In this document: positions 54,843-64,000 of the stretch, piece after piece | Layout: every line of letters starts with the position of its first letter | Position numbering within the stretch: the first letter of the stretch is position 1 | Origin: an uncultured delta proteobacterium | GTDB lineage: Bacteria; Myxococcota; Myxococcia; Myxococcales; Myxococcaceae | DNA: 64,000 nucleotides | Assembly: GCA_963796055.1 (NCBI GenBank) | Contig: CAWCKH010000003.1 | Coordinates: 672,001 to 736,000, forward strand | Reading direction: 5' to 3' | Made by a program: the position numbers and the translations under genes | The notes under the pieces: model-generated | Databases searched by the model: none | What the model was told of the DNA's origin: nothing | Seen by the model: only the letters and a program-made list of their open reading frames with translations

Positions 54843-55376
54843 ATGAGGGACGTGAGACGACTGCTGCGCGACCTCGGGCGAGAGATCGAGCGACTTGCCC
54901 AGCGCAACGAGTTCCTCGAGCAGAAGCTGGAAAGCATCACCGGCGCGCTCCAGGGCGCAGTTCGGGTCGGCGCTGCGACTCCCCGCTCGGAACGGCGCCG
55001 ACGCCAGCGAACCGGGGGGCGGCGTGGCGCTCCGTCCAAGTTCGACGACGCTCAGGCTCGGAAACTCCGGAAGGAGTACGAGAAGGGCGCCACCAGCGCC
55101 CAGCTGGCGGAAAGGCACCAGGCCGCGCTCCCCACCATTCTCGGCACCCTCAGGCGAGCGGGGACCACGCTCCGCCGCGGCCGCCCGAGCAAGAAGCGCT
55201 CGCGGGGGCTCAGGGGGCCTCGTTCAGCGCGCCGCAGTGGGGGCAAGGGAACGAGTGCTCGAGGGCGAACTTCGGCGCAACCCGGGCGAGCACCACCCTC
55301 TCGCAGGCCCCGCAGAGGAAATCGAGCCCGGCGTGCGGTTCGAAAGCGAACGCCTCGAGCTCACCGCGGACGGTGA
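54843..55376 (+). CDS. Basic putative DNA-binding protein (coiled coil, HTH, RGRP); 3' end uncertain
   Basis: LGREIERLAQRNEFLEQKLESI; YEKGATSAQLAERHQAALPTILGTLRRAG; RRGRPSK. Confidence 0.65.
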   Translation: MRDVRRLLRDLGREIERLAQRNEFLEQKLESITGALQGAVRVGAATPRSERRRRQRTGGRRGAPSKFDDAQARKLRKEYEKGATSAQLAERHQAALPTILGTLRRAGTTLRRGRPSKKRSRGLRGPRSARRSGGKGTSARGRTSAQPGRAPPSRRPRRGNRARRAVRKRTPRAHRGR

Positions 55377-55449
55377 ACGGTGGGCGGTTCGACCGCGAGA
55401 CGACCGTCATCTGGATCGCTGCCACGGCACGGACTCCTGAGGGTGACAT
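55210..55449 (-). CDS. Small zinc-ribbon protein
   Basis: DFLCGACERVVL...FPCPHCGALNEAP*; ATG at 55449 or 55410. Confidence 0.6.
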   Translation of the reverse strand: MSPSGVRAVAAIQMTVVSRSNRPPFTVRGELEAFAFEPHAGLDFLCGACERVVLARVAPKFALEHSFPCPHCGALNEAP

Positions 55450-55549
55450 TGCCCCTCGCCCCTCTGACATCGAGGGCACCGGGGCCGGACTCTGCCCGTG
55501 CTTCCGCGGGGTTTGGCGGTCGGAGCTGGTCCGGTTACCGTCCGCATCC

Positions 55550-56071
55550 GTGAAATCGCTCCCGCTACTGACCCTGCTCCTCGCCACTGCGGTCCTCGCC
55601 AGCACCGCCGTCCAGATGGACCTCCCGGCCCTCACCGCCGCCGCCTCCGACGTCGTGGAGGCGCGCGTCGTCTCCTCCACCGCCTCCTGGACCGGCGACC
55701 ATCGGCGGATCGTCACCCACGTCGTGGTCGAGGTGGGCGAGGCCTGGAAGGGCACAGCCAGCGGCCGCATCACGGTGGTCCAGCCGGGCGGCGAGCGTGA
55801 CGGTATCGGCCAGCACGTCTCGGGCGTGGCTCGTCTCGCCAGCGGGGAGAGGGTGGTGCTGTTCCTCGAGCGCTCCGGGCCGTACCACCGCGTCGTGGGG
55901 CTGGCCCAGGGCGTGTACCGGATCGTCTCCACCCAGAGCACGGCCGAGCTGCGGGCGGTCCCGGCCGCGCTGGAGGGACTTGATCTCGTACCGCCTCCAG
56001 GGGGCGCGCCGGCGGTCCGGGTCGCCCTGCCCCTGTCCGAGCTCCGCGGCCAGGTGCAGGCGGCGCGATGA
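55550..56071 (+). CDS. Exported hypothetical protein, partner of the downstream metalloprotease
   Basis: Signal peptide; DLPALTAAASDVVEARV, QPGGERDGIG, GERVVLFL, VVGLAQGVY; ATGA-coupled. Confidence 0.75.
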   Translation: MKSLPLLTLLLATAVLASTAVQMDLPALTAAASDVVEARVVSSTASWTGDHRRIVTHVVVEVGEAWKGTASGRITVVQPGGERDGIGQHVSGVARLASGERVVLFLERSGPYHRVVGLAQGVYRIVSTQSTAELRAVPAALEGLDLVPPPGGAPAVRVALPLSELRGQVQAAR

Positions 56072-56952
56072 AGGCGTCGGTCGCCGTTCTCCTCTCCGGG
56101 CTGCTCCTCGGCCAGTCCATGCTGCAGTACGTCCGGACCAAGACCGAGGACGGACAGCACTGCTTCCGCTGGGCGGTCGCCGCCGGCGCGCGCGGCACGG
56201 TGGCCTTCGTCCAGAGCACCGAGGGACTTCCCAGCCTGGGCGCCGGCGTGTTCGATGCCGTCTCCCGCTCCGCGCAACCCTGGCAGGCGCAGCTCCAGGC
56301 GTGCGGCAACCTCGACCTGGCCGAGGGGAACCGCTCGAGCTCACGGACCATCGGCTACGCCCAGAGTGGCCCGAACGAAAATCTCATCCTGTTCCGCACC
56401 CGTCCCTGCTCCGCAGTGGTGCCGGCAGGAGACCCGTGCGTGGCCGCGGGCAGCTGCGGCAACGCCTACGACTGCTGGGACCACTCGAGCAGCATCGTCG
56501 CGCTCACCACCTCGAGTTACGTGACGACCACCGGGGTGGTGCTCGACGCCGACGTGGAGCTCAACGCCGCCACCGCCTACCCCACGATCGTCGACTCACC
56601 TCCCTGCGCTCCCGGGGCCATCTCCACGGGCTGCGTGGCGAACGACGTCCAGAACGCGATGACCCACGAGCTGGGGCACGTGCTGGGGCTGGCCCACGCC
56701 CCGGACTCGAGCTCGACCATGTACGCCAACGAGCCGCTGGGCGAGACCTCGAAGCGGGTGCTCGACTCGGGAAGCAAGCAGTTCGTCTGCGACGTGTACC
56801 CGGCCGGCCGCGCCTCCAACGACTGCGCGTCGAGCTCGGCGGGAAGCACCTCCTCGGGCTGCAGCGGCGCCCCGGACGGGGGCAGCGTGACCCCGCTGCT
56901 CGCGCTCTTGCTCGGCGTATTCGCCCTGCGCCCTCGTCGGCGAGGCGTCTGA
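56068..56952 (+). CDS. Matrixin-like metzincin with MYXO-CTERM-type sorting signal
   Basis: HELGHVLGLAH, Met-turn STMYA, C-terminal SGCSGAP, hydrophobic stretch, RPRRR. Confidence 0.88.
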   Translation: MKASVAVLLSGLLLGQSMLQYVRTKTEDGQHCFRWAVAAGARGTVAFVQSTEGLPSLGAGVFDAVSRSAQPWQAQLQACGNLDLAEGNRSSSRTIGYAQSGPNENLILFRTRPCSAVVPAGDPCVAAGSCGNAYDCWDHSSSIVALTTSSYVTTTGVVLDADVELNAATAYPTIVDSPPCAPGAISTGCVANDVQNAMTHELGHVLGLAHAPDSSSTMYANEPLGETSKRVLDSGSKQFVCDVYPAGRASNDCASSSAGSTSSGCSGAPDGGSVTPLLALLLGVFALRPRRRGV

Positions 56953-57107
56953 CCCCCGCGCGTCCGGAGGCCGGGCGCACGTTGTCCGTTTCTGGGATTC
57001 GCCGTGCCGCGTGCGCTGCCCCGGCAGCGCCTCCCGAGGGCCGTCAGAGGTGTCTGACACCTCGAAAAGCCCCGTGATTTCAGGGGGGTGGTCCTTCGGA
57101 CCCCGGA

Positions 57108-57123
57108 TGGCACGACGCTCGCT
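57108..57123 (+). promoter_or_regulatory. sigma54 -24/-12 promoter
   Basis: TGGCAC-GACGC-TCGCT (GG-N10-GC) just before the efflux operon, which encodes a sigma54 activator. Confidence 0.65.
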
Positions 57124-57145
57124 ATCGGCTGCGGCCAGCCTCCCC

Positions 57146-58390
57146 GTGGACATCCCTCGCGAAAGAGTTCGAAACCTCCGTCCGGTTTACCTCGCCGGCG
57201 GGGCCACCGTGCTGGTGGCCCTGCTCGCCCTGGGCCTCACCCGGGTCAAGCCGGCAGCCCCGTCGGTGGAGAAGAGCGGCGTGTGGATCGACACCGTCCA
57301 CCGGGGGGCGATGCTCCGGGCGGTCAAGGGGCCGGGCACCCTGGTCCCCGAGCACATCCGGTGGATCACCGCCGACACCGCCGGCCGCGTGGAGCGCATC
57401 CACCTCCGCCCCGGCGCCGCGGTGAAGGCGGACACCCCGCTGGTCGAGCTCTCCAACCCCGACGTGATGCTCCAGTCGCTCGAGGCCGAGCGTCAGGTCT
57501 CCTCCGCCGAGGCGGATCTGCTGGCGCTCAAGAGCAACCTGGCCACCGATCGGCTCCGGCAGGAGTCCACCGTGGCACAGCTGGAGACCGACACCGCCGA
57601 CGCGCGGCGACGGGCCGAAGCCGACCGGAAGCTCCACGCCAAGGCCATGCTCTCGGACATCGACACCGGCCTGAGCAGCGACCGGGCGAACGACCTCTCC
57701 GAGCGGCTCAAGCTCGGGAAGGACACGGTGCAGGTGCTGCAGCGCAGCCTGGCGGACCGCACCCGCGCCGTCACCGACCAGCTGGAGAAGCTCCGGGCTG
57801 TGGCCCGCTTCAGAAAGCAGCTGGTGGACTCGATGAACGTCCGCGCCGGCGACGACGGCATCCTCCAGGACCTGCCGCTCGAGCTCGGCCAGTGGGTCAC
57901 CCCCGGCACGTTGCTCGCCAAGGTGGTCCAGCCCGGCGAGCTCAAGGCCGAGCTGCGCATTCCCGAGACACAGGCCCGTGACGTCGCGCTCGGCCAGCAC
58001 GTCGAGGTCGATACCCGGAACGGCATCGTCCCCGGCCACGTGCGCCGGGTGAACCCTGCTGCCTCCCAGGGCACGGTGCTGGTGGAGGTGGAGCTGGAAG
58101 GTGCGCTGCCCAAGGGCGCCCGGCCGGACCTGACCGTCGAGGGCACCATCGAGATCGAGAAGCTCCCCGACGTGCTCTACGTGGGCCGCCCCGCCGGCGC
58201 GCAGCCCGAGAGCACGGTGGAGCTGTACCGCCTGGCCCCAGGAAGCGACACCGCGCAGCGCACCCGCGTGGCCCTGGGACGCAGCAGCGTGAACACCATC
58301 GAGGTGAAGAGCGGGCTGTCCGAGGGAGACCGGGTGGTGCTCTCGGACATGTCCGCGTGGGACGCCAGCGAGACCGTGAGGCTCCGATGA
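57146..58390 (+). CDS. Efflux periplasmic adaptor (MacA/HlyD-like)
   Basis: N-terminal TM, VKGPGTLVP, lipoyl halves, coiled coil, GLSEGDRVV. Confidence 0.88.
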   Translation: MDIPRERVRNLRPVYLAGGATVLVALLALGLTRVKPAAPSVEKSGVWIDTVHRGAMLRAVKGPGTLVPEHIRWITADTAGRVERIHLRPGAAVKADTPLVELSNPDVMLQSLEAERQVSSAEADLLALKSNLATDRLRQESTVAQLETDTADARRRAEADRKLHAKAMLSDIDTGLSSDRANDLSERLKLGKDTVQVLQRSLADRTRAVTDQLEKLRAVARFRKQLVDSMNVRAGDDGILQDLPLELGQWVTPGTLLAKVVQPGELKAELRIPETQARDVALGQHVEVDTRNGIVPGHVRRVNPAASQGTVLVEVELEGALPKGARPDLTVEGTIEIEKLPDVLYVGRPAGAQPESTVELYRLAPGSDTAQRTRVALGRSSVNTIEVKSGLSEGDRVVLSDMSAWDASETVRLR

Positions 58391-59133
58391 ACGACACTGC
58401 AGTCCAGGCCGTAGCTCGAGACGCTCGCCCCGCCGCCGGACAGCGGCTGCTCCATCTGGAGGGCGTGACCAAGGTCTTCCTCACTGACGAGGTGGAGACC
58501 CACGCGCTTTCCAACGTGCACATGACGGTGCACCAGGGCGAGTGGGTGGCCATCGTCGGCCCCTCGGGCTCGGGCAAGACGACCTTGCTCGCCATCCTCG
58601 GGCTGCTCGACACGCCGACGTCGGGGAACTACCTGCTCGACGGCCGTCCGGTGTCCGGGCTGAGCGCGTCCCAGCGGGCCTGGGTCCGGAATCGGCAGAT
58701 CGGCTTCATCTTCCAGAGCTTCAACCTCATCGGCGACCTGACGGTGTTCGAGAACGTGGAGCTCCCCTTGACCTACCGGGGCATGCCCGCGGCGGAGCGG
58801 AAGCGGCGGGTGGAGAGCGCGCTGGAGCGGGTGGGCATGGCCCATCGCCGCAAGCACCTCCCGGGGCAGCTCTCGGGCGGTCAGCAGCAGCGCGTGGCGG
58901 TGGCCCGGGCTGTGGCCGGCGACCCGCTGCTCCTGCTCGCCGACGAGCCCACCGGAAACCTCGACTCGAAGAACGGCCAGGCGGTGATGGAGCTGCTGCG
59001 CGAGCTGCACGCCGGCGGGGCCACCCTCTGCATGGTCACCCACGACCTCGGTCACGCCAAGCTCGCCACCCGCACGGTGAGCCTCTTCGACGGCCGGGTG
59101 GTGGAGGACGACACCGCGGGCGCGCTGGGGTGA
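58387..59133 (+). CDS. ABC ATP-binding protein (MacB/LolD-like)
   Basis: GPSGSGKTT, LSGGQQQRV, ADEPTGNLD. Confidence 0.93.
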   Translation: MNDTAVQAVARDARPAAGQRLLHLEGVTKVFLTDEVETHALSNVHMTVHQGEWVAIVGPSGSGKTTLLAILGLLDTPTSGNYLLDGRPVSGLSASQRAWVRNRQIGFIFQSFNLIGDLTVFENVELPLTYRGMPAAERKRRVESALERVGMAHRRKHLPGQLSGGQQQRVAVARAVAGDPLLLLADEPTGNLDSKNGQAVMELLRELHAGGATLCMVTHDLGHAKLATRTVSLFDGRVVEDDTAGALG

Positions 59134-59141
59134 TCGGGGCG

Positions 59142-59381
59142 ATGGACGCCAGAGCAGAGCATCGGGCTGCGATCCTGCTGCTGCTCGCCACCGTGCTGCT
59201 CGCGGTGGGCGTCCGCCTCTCCGAGGATCCGGCGGTCGCCGCCGCGGCGCGCACGGTGCGCACCCGCCCCCTCGAGCACGCCGCCGCCGCGGCGGACTGG
59301 GCGGCGCAGGTGCTGTGGAGCCAGCAGCCGCGCCCGGAGCGCGTGGCCCACATGGGCTGCCAGGGGAGGCGCTGGGAATGA
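59142..59381 (+). CDS. Small hypothetical protein with one hydrophobic helix
   Basis: MDARAEHRAAILLLLATVLLAVGV...; fills the gap, ATGA overlap with the next gene. Confidence 0.5.
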   Translation: MDARAEHRAAILLLLATVLLAVGVRLSEDPAVAAAARTVRTRPLEHAAAAADWAAQVLWSQQPRPERVAHMGCQGRRWE

Positions 59382-60040
59382 TCCGAGTGAAGAACCTCGA
59401 GAAGTCGGTGCGCTCCGGCACGGGCGCGCTGTTCCTGCTCCGGAACGTGAACCTCGCGGTGGAGAAGGGAGACTTCCTCACCCTGATGGGCCCGTCGGGC
59501 GCGGGGAAGAGCACCCTGCTGGCGGTGCTGGGGATGCTCGACGCCGACTGGACCGGCGAGTACGAGCTGGACGGAAACCAGGTTCACCGGTTGCCGCCGC
59601 GTGACCGTCAGGCGCTCGCCCGGCGCCACGTGGGGTTCGTCTTCCAGCGCTACCACCTGCTCGACGACCTGACCGTGGCCGAGAACCTCGAGGTCCCGCT
59701 GGGATACCGGGGGTTCTCGCGCAAGGAGATCCAGGCCCGGGTGGCGGACACGCTCGACCGCTTCCGCATCGTGGGAAAGAAGGACCTCTACCCTTCCCAG
59801 CTCTCGGGCGGCCAGCAGCAGCTGGTGGGGGTGGCCCGGGCCATCATCCACGAGCCCAGCCTGCTGCTGGCCGACGAACCCACCGGAAATCTGCACTCGG
59901 AGCAGGCCACGGAAATCATGGCGCTGTTCCGGCGTCTCAACGCCGAAGGCACCACCATCGTCCAGGTGACCCACAGTGCAGACAACGCCAGTTACGGAAG
60001 ACGCACCCTCCACATGGCCGACGGCTGGCTCCGGGACTAG
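59378..60040 (+). CDS. Second ABC ATP-binding protein (MacB/LolD-like)
   Basis: GPSGAGKST, LSGGQQQLV, ADEPTGNLH. Confidence 0.92.
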   Translation: MIRVKNLEKSVRSGTGALFLLRNVNLAVEKGDFLTLMGPSGAGKSTLLAVLGMLDADWTGEYELDGNQVHRLPPRDRQALARRHVGFVFQRYHLLDDLTVAENLEVPLGYRGFSRKEIQARVADTLDRFRIVGKKDLYPSQLSGGQQQLVGVARAIIHEPSLLLADEPTGNLHSEQATEIMALFRRLNAEGTTIVQVTHSADNASYGRRTLHMADGWLRD

Positions 60041-60053
60041 GAGGAAACGCACC

Positions 60054-61418
60054 GTGTCCCTGGCCCAGCCCCGCATCCTGGTCGCGGACGACCAGCCGGA
60101 CGTGGTGGAGGCCCTCCGGCTCCTCCTCAAGGCCAACGGCTTCAGCGTGGTGCCCACCAGCTCTCCCTCCGGCGTCCTGGGCGCGGTGGAGACCGAGGAC
60201 GTGGACGTGGTGCTGATGGACCTCAACTACACCCGCGACACCACCTCGGGCCGCGAGGGCCTGGAGCTGCTGGCCAGGCTGCAGCAGCTCGACCCGCAGC
60301 TGCCGGTGGTGGTGATGACCGCCTGGGGCAGCGTGGAGGGCGCGGTGGACGCGATCCGCGGCGGGGCCCGCGACTACGTCACCAAGCCCTGGGACAACAC
60401 CCGGCTGGTCACCACCTTGCGGAGCCAGGTCGAGCTGGGGGACGCGCTGCGGCGCAGCCGCCGGCTGTCGGCGGAGAACGAGCGGCTGCAGACCCGCGCC
60501 CCGGGGATGGTCGCCGAGTCGCGGGCGATGAAGGCGGTGCTGGAGCTGGTGGACCGCATCGCCCCCTCGGACGCCAACGTGCTCATCACCGGCGAGCACG
60601 GGACGGGCAAGGAGGTGGTGGCCCGGCGCATCCACGCCATGAGCCACCGCGCCGGCAAGCCGTTCGTCCCGGTCAACGCCGGGGCGGTGAGCGAGGGCGT
60701 GTTCGAGAGCGAGCTCTTCGGACACGTCAAGGGCGCCTTCACCGACGCCAAGGCGGACCGGACCGGCTGCTTCGAGCTCGCCGACCAGGGCACGCTCTTC
60801 ATGGACGAAGTGGCGAACATGCCGCTGGGACAGCAGGCCAAGCTGCTCCGGGTGCTGCAGACCGGCGAGTTCCACCCGGTGGGGAGCAGCCGCGTCCGCC
60901 GGGCAGACACCCGGGTGCTCGCCGCGACCAACGCCGACCTGCACGCCGGGGTGAAGTCCGGCGCCTTCCGCGAGGACCTCCTGTACCGGCTGAACACGGT
61001 GGAGGTGGTGCTCCCGCCGCTCCGCGACCGCCGGGAGGACATTCCCGTACTGGCCAGCGCCTTCCTCGCCGCGCAGGCCGCCCGCTACCGCAAGCCGGTG
61101 CAGCGCTTCGGCGCCGCGGCGCTCAAGGCGCTGCTCGAGTACCCCTGGCCGGGCAACGTCCGTGAGCTGGAGCACTGCGTGGAGCGGGCGGTGCTGATGG
61201 CCCGCGGCGCCGAGCTCACCCCGGAGGACCTGGTCCTCCGTCCGCGCGACGGCGGGGCCCGGGTCGAGGACATGACCCTGGAGGACTCCGAGCGGTACCT
61301 CATCCAGCGGGCGCTCGGGCGTACCGACGGCAGCGTGAGCGATGCGGCGAGGCTGCTCGGCCTGTCGCGCAGCGCGCTGTACCGTCGGCTCCAGCAGTAC
61401 GGGCTGAAGGCCAGCTGA
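60054..61418 (+). CDS. sigma54-dependent response regulator (NtrC family)
   Basis: REC (LMDLNY), GEHGTGKE, GAFTDA, FREDLLYRL, WPGNVREL, Fis HTH. Confidence 0.95.
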   Translation: MSLAQPRILVADDQPDVVEALRLLLKANGFSVVPTSSPSGVLGAVETEDVDVVLMDLNYTRDTTSGREGLELLARLQQLDPQLPVVVMTAWGSVEGAVDAIRGGARDYVTKPWDNTRLVTTLRSQVELGDALRRSRRLSAENERLQTRAPGMVAESRAMKAVLELVDRIAPSDANVLITGEHGTGKEVVARRIHAMSHRAGKPFVPVNAGAVSEGVFESELFGHVKGAFTDAKADRTGCFELADQGTLFMDEVANMPLGQQAKLLRVLQTGEFHPVGSSRVRRADTRVLAATNADLHAGVKSGAFREDLLYRLNTVEVVLPPLRDRREDIPVLASAFLAAQAARYRKPVQRFGAAALKALLEYPWPGNVRELEHCVERAVLMARGAELTPEDLVLRPRDGGARVEDMTLEDSERYLIQRALGRTDGSVSDAARLLGLSRSALYRRLQQYGLKAS

Positions 61419-61444
61419 CCTGGCATTCTCGGCCCTGGTCGGAC

Positions 61445-62794
61445 ATGGGTCGATTCCTCACCTTCGAGCGGAGGCTCGCCCTCGGCGCAGCATTGGCGGT
61501 GCTGCCGGGGCTGGTGCTGGCCGCGGTGCTCGCCTTCCACGCCCTGCCCCCGGGCTGGCTCCGCTGGGCACTGGTGGGCGGGGCGCTCGCGGCCTCGCTG
61601 GTGGTGGTCGCACAGCTCCGGGCCCGGCTGGTCCTCCGGCTCAAGACGCTGAGCAACCTGGTCTCCGCGCTCCGTGAGGGTGACTACTCCGTCCGGGGGC
61701 GCGACGCGGACCGCGACGACCCGCTGGGCGAGGTCGTCTGGGAGGTGAACGCGCTGGGCGACCAGCTCCGCACCCAGCGTCTCGGGGAGCTGGAGGCCAG
61801 CGCCCTGCTCGGGCAGGTGCTGGAGGAGATCGACGTCGGCATCTTCGCCTTCGACGACGTCCCCGCGCTCCGGCTGGTCAACCGGGCCGGAGCCAGGCTG
61901 CTGCAGCGAGCGCCCTCGCACCTGCTGGGCCGCGACGCGGAATCGCTGGGAATGGCCGGCCTGCTGGAGGGCGACACGCCGCGACGGGTGGACACCGACT
62001 TCGGCGGACAGGGCGGCCCATACGAGCTGCGCCGCTCGCAGTTCCGCCGTGAGGGGCTGCCCCACACCCTGGTGGTGCTGGCCGACCTCCGGCGGGTGGT
62101 GCGTGAGGAGGAGCGTGCGGCGTGGCAGCGCATCGTCCGGGTGCTCAGCCACGAGATCAACAACTCGCTCGCCCCCATCCAGAGCATCGCCGCCAGTCTC
62201 CAGGGGGTACTGGGCAAGGGAGAGCCCTCGGAGTGGGTGCCGGACGTGCGCTCCGGACTGACGGTGGTCGCCCGGCGGAGCGAGGCGCTCTCGCGGTTCC
62301 TCGCCGCCTACGCCCGGCTGGCGAAGCTGCCGCCGCCGAGCCTGACAGCGGTGAGCGTGCCGGCGCTGGTGCAGCGGGTGACTGCGCTCGACCGCACCCC
62401 CGGAGTGCGGGTGGTGCCGGGACCGCCGGCGTGGGTCCGCGGCGATGCCGACCAGCTGGAGCAGCTGCTGATCAATCTCATCAAGAACGCCGTCGAGGCG
62501 GCGAGCACCACCGGGGGCGGGGTCAGCATCGGCTGGCAGGAGGCGCCCGGCGAGGTGGAGCTGGTGGTCTCGGACGAAGGACCGGGGCTGCTGGACTCGC
62601 GCAACCTCTTCGTCCCCTTCTACACCACCAAGCCCGAGGGCTCGGGCATCGGGCTGGTGCTGTGCAGACAGATCGCCGAGGCGCACCGGGGGACGCTCAG
62701 CCTGCGCAACGCGGAGGGTCGCCGGGGGTGTGACGCCCGGCTCCGGCTCCCCCGGGTGGCGCCGCCACAGGAGGCACAGCTTCCATCGGCCTGA
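61445..62794 (+). CDS. Sensor histidine kinase
   Basis: Two TMs, HAMP/PAS-like, SHEINNSL, NLIKNA, DEGPG, FYTTK, GSGIGL. Confidence 0.93.
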   Translation: MGRFLTFERRLALGAALAVLPGLVLAAVLAFHALPPGWLRWALVGGALAASLVVVAQLRARLVLRLKTLSNLVSALREGDYSVRGRDADRDDPLGEVVWEVNALGDQLRTQRLGELEASALLGQVLEEIDVGIFAFDDVPALRLVNRAGARLLQRAPSHLLGRDAESLGMAGLLEGDTPRRVDTDFGGQGGPYELRRSQFRREGLPHTLVVLADLRRVVREEERAAWQRIVRVLSHEINNSLAPIQSIAASLQGVLGKGEPSEWVPDVRSGLTVVARRSEALSRFLAAYARLAKLPPPSLTAVSVPALVQRVTALDRTPGVRVVPGPPAWVRGDADQLEQLLINLIKNAVEAASTTGGGVSIGWQEAPGEVELVVSDEGPGLLDSRNLFVPFYTTKPEGSGIGLVLCRQIAEAHRGTLSLRNAEGRRGCDARLRLPRVAPPQEAQLPSA

Positions 62795-62874
62795 GAGGTG
62801 CGGGCTCGGGACGCCCGGTCCCAGAACCGCACACCCCTCCGGCGCCCAGCCCGGGTCGGAGCGGGAGTGTTCCA

Positions 62875-62890
62875 CGGCCCACCGCTTGCT
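62875..62890 (+). promoter_or_regulatory. Possible sigma54 promoter of the permease gene
   Basis: CGGCCC-ACCGC-TTGCT (GG-N10-GC), about 37 nt before ATG 62928. Confidence 0.5.
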
Positions 62891-62927
62891 CAGGGACGTG
62901 GCGCTGCGGTGTCGTCGGGAGGCATCG

Positions 62928-64000
62928 ATGTCGCCCCTCGGGCTGGGAGTCCGTCATGCACTGCGCCGGACCGCGCGCGCCCCGGCCTTCTCCGCGGGGG
63001 TCGTCCTCACGCTCGGGCTGTGCATCGCAGCCAACGCGATCATCGCCACCGGCATCGAGGGGGTGCTCCTCCGCGCACTGCCGTTCCGGGACCCCTCGCG
63101 CCTGGTGTGGATCTGGTCCACGCGGACCGACCGCGACCGCGCCTTCTTCTCGGTCCCCAACTTCGAGGACACCCGCGCCCGGACCACCCGCCTGGACGCG
63201 CTGGTGGGCCTGGCGACCTGGGGGGTGAACCTGAGCGGTGACGGACCCCCGGTGCGCCTCACCGGCATCCGTGCCTCGGGCGAGCTGGGGGCCTTGCTCG
63301 GCGTCGTCCCGGTGCTGGGCCGGATGCTCGAGCGCGGCGACGACGACCCTTCCCGCCCGGCGGTGGTTCTGCTCGGGCACCGGCTCTGGGTCGACCGCTT
63401 CGGGCGCTCGCCGTCGGTGCTGGGGGCGACGCTCATCCTGGACGGTGAGCCCACCACGGTGGTGGGTGTGTTGCCCGAGACGTTCTCGCTCCCCAACCTC
63501 TCCACCGAGCTGCTCGCTCCGCTGCGGGCCGCTGCGGACCCTCGTCGCCACGAGCGCGGCTCCAATTTCCTGCGGGTCATCGCCCATCTCGCGCCTGGGG
63601 CCACCGTGGCCCAGGTGCGCCAGGAGCTGGCGGACATCACCGCCGACCTGGCGGTGCGCTACCCCGAGGAGGACGCCAAGCTCGCCGCGCCGCGCGTGCG
63701 AACCCTCCAGGACGAGTGGGTGGGCGCGTACCGGACGGGATTTCTCTTGCTCGGCGCGGCCGGAATCCTGTTGTTGCTCATCGCCACCGCGAACCTCTCC
63801 AGCCTCTTTCTCGCCCGGGTGGCCGCGCGCCGCTCCGAGCTCGCCGTGCGCTGGGCCCTGGGAGCGAGCCGGGGCGCGCTGCTGACCGACCTGGCCGCGG
63901 AGGCCACGCTCCTCACCGGGACGGGAACCGCTCTGGGTCTGCTGCTGGCCTGGCTGGGGCAGGACGTCCTGCGGCGGCTCGCGCCGGCCGATCTGCCCCG
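62928..64000 (+). CDS. MacB-like / ADOP-type ABC permease, runs off the window
   Basis: MSPLGLGVRHALRRTARAPAFSAGVVLTLGL...LLRALPFRDPSRLVWIW...LLIATANLSSL...RRSELAVRWALGASRG. Confidence 0.88.
   Translation, partial: MSPLGLGVRHALRRTARAPAFSAGVVLTLGLCIAANAIIATGIEGVLLRALPFRDPSRLVWIWSTRTDRDRAFFSVPNFEDTRARTTRLDALVGLATWGVNLSGDGPPVRLTGIRASGELGALLGVVPVLGRMLERGDDDPSRPAVVLLGHRLWVDRFGRSPSVLGATLILDGEPTTVVGVLPETFSLPNLSTELLAPLRAAADPRRHERGSNFLRVIAHLAPGATVAQVRQELADITADLAVRYPEEDAKLAAPRVRTLQDEWVGAYRTGFLLLGAAGILLLLIATANLSSLFLARVAARRSELAVRWALGASRGALLTDLAAEATLLTGTGTALGLLLAWLGQDVLRRLAPADLP

Noticed and set aside
62868..62883. parS site (TGTTCCACG...)
   Set aside because: Only a half match to TGTTCCACGTGGAAC; the second arm is absent.

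Overview
A very GC-rich chromosomal segment of a myxobacterium-like (Myxococcota) genome. The backbone runs gltD/agmU-type TPR gliding gene (cut by the left edge), DnaC-like ATPase, aspartate kinase, GldAFG-like ABC system, rpoZ, groES-groEL with three CIRCE boxes, smc, hlyC/corC, and prfA-prmC-murA. This order recalls, from memory, the Myxococcus xanthus gltD-groEL1-smc region. Accessory modules are interspersed. Main findings: (1) a complete IS110-family (IS1111-type) element whose downstream non-coding end folds into a bridge/seek-RNA-like loop with guide segments matching the reconstructed CTAG-core insertion site and the donor junction; (2) a coupled lipoprotein / ECF sigma / DUF4384 anti-sigma / exported caspase-like protease operon, with the protease ending in an outer-membrane barrel-type C-terminus; (3) a 38-aa, 50% K/R microprotein absent from the ORF track; (4) two likely non-canonical start codons (CTG, ATT); (5) a head-to-head deletion scar of a regulator/hydrolase pair; (6) several operator-like repeats. 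No rRNA, tRNA or CRISPR array was seen. Family names come from motif recognition by eye, not from database searches.
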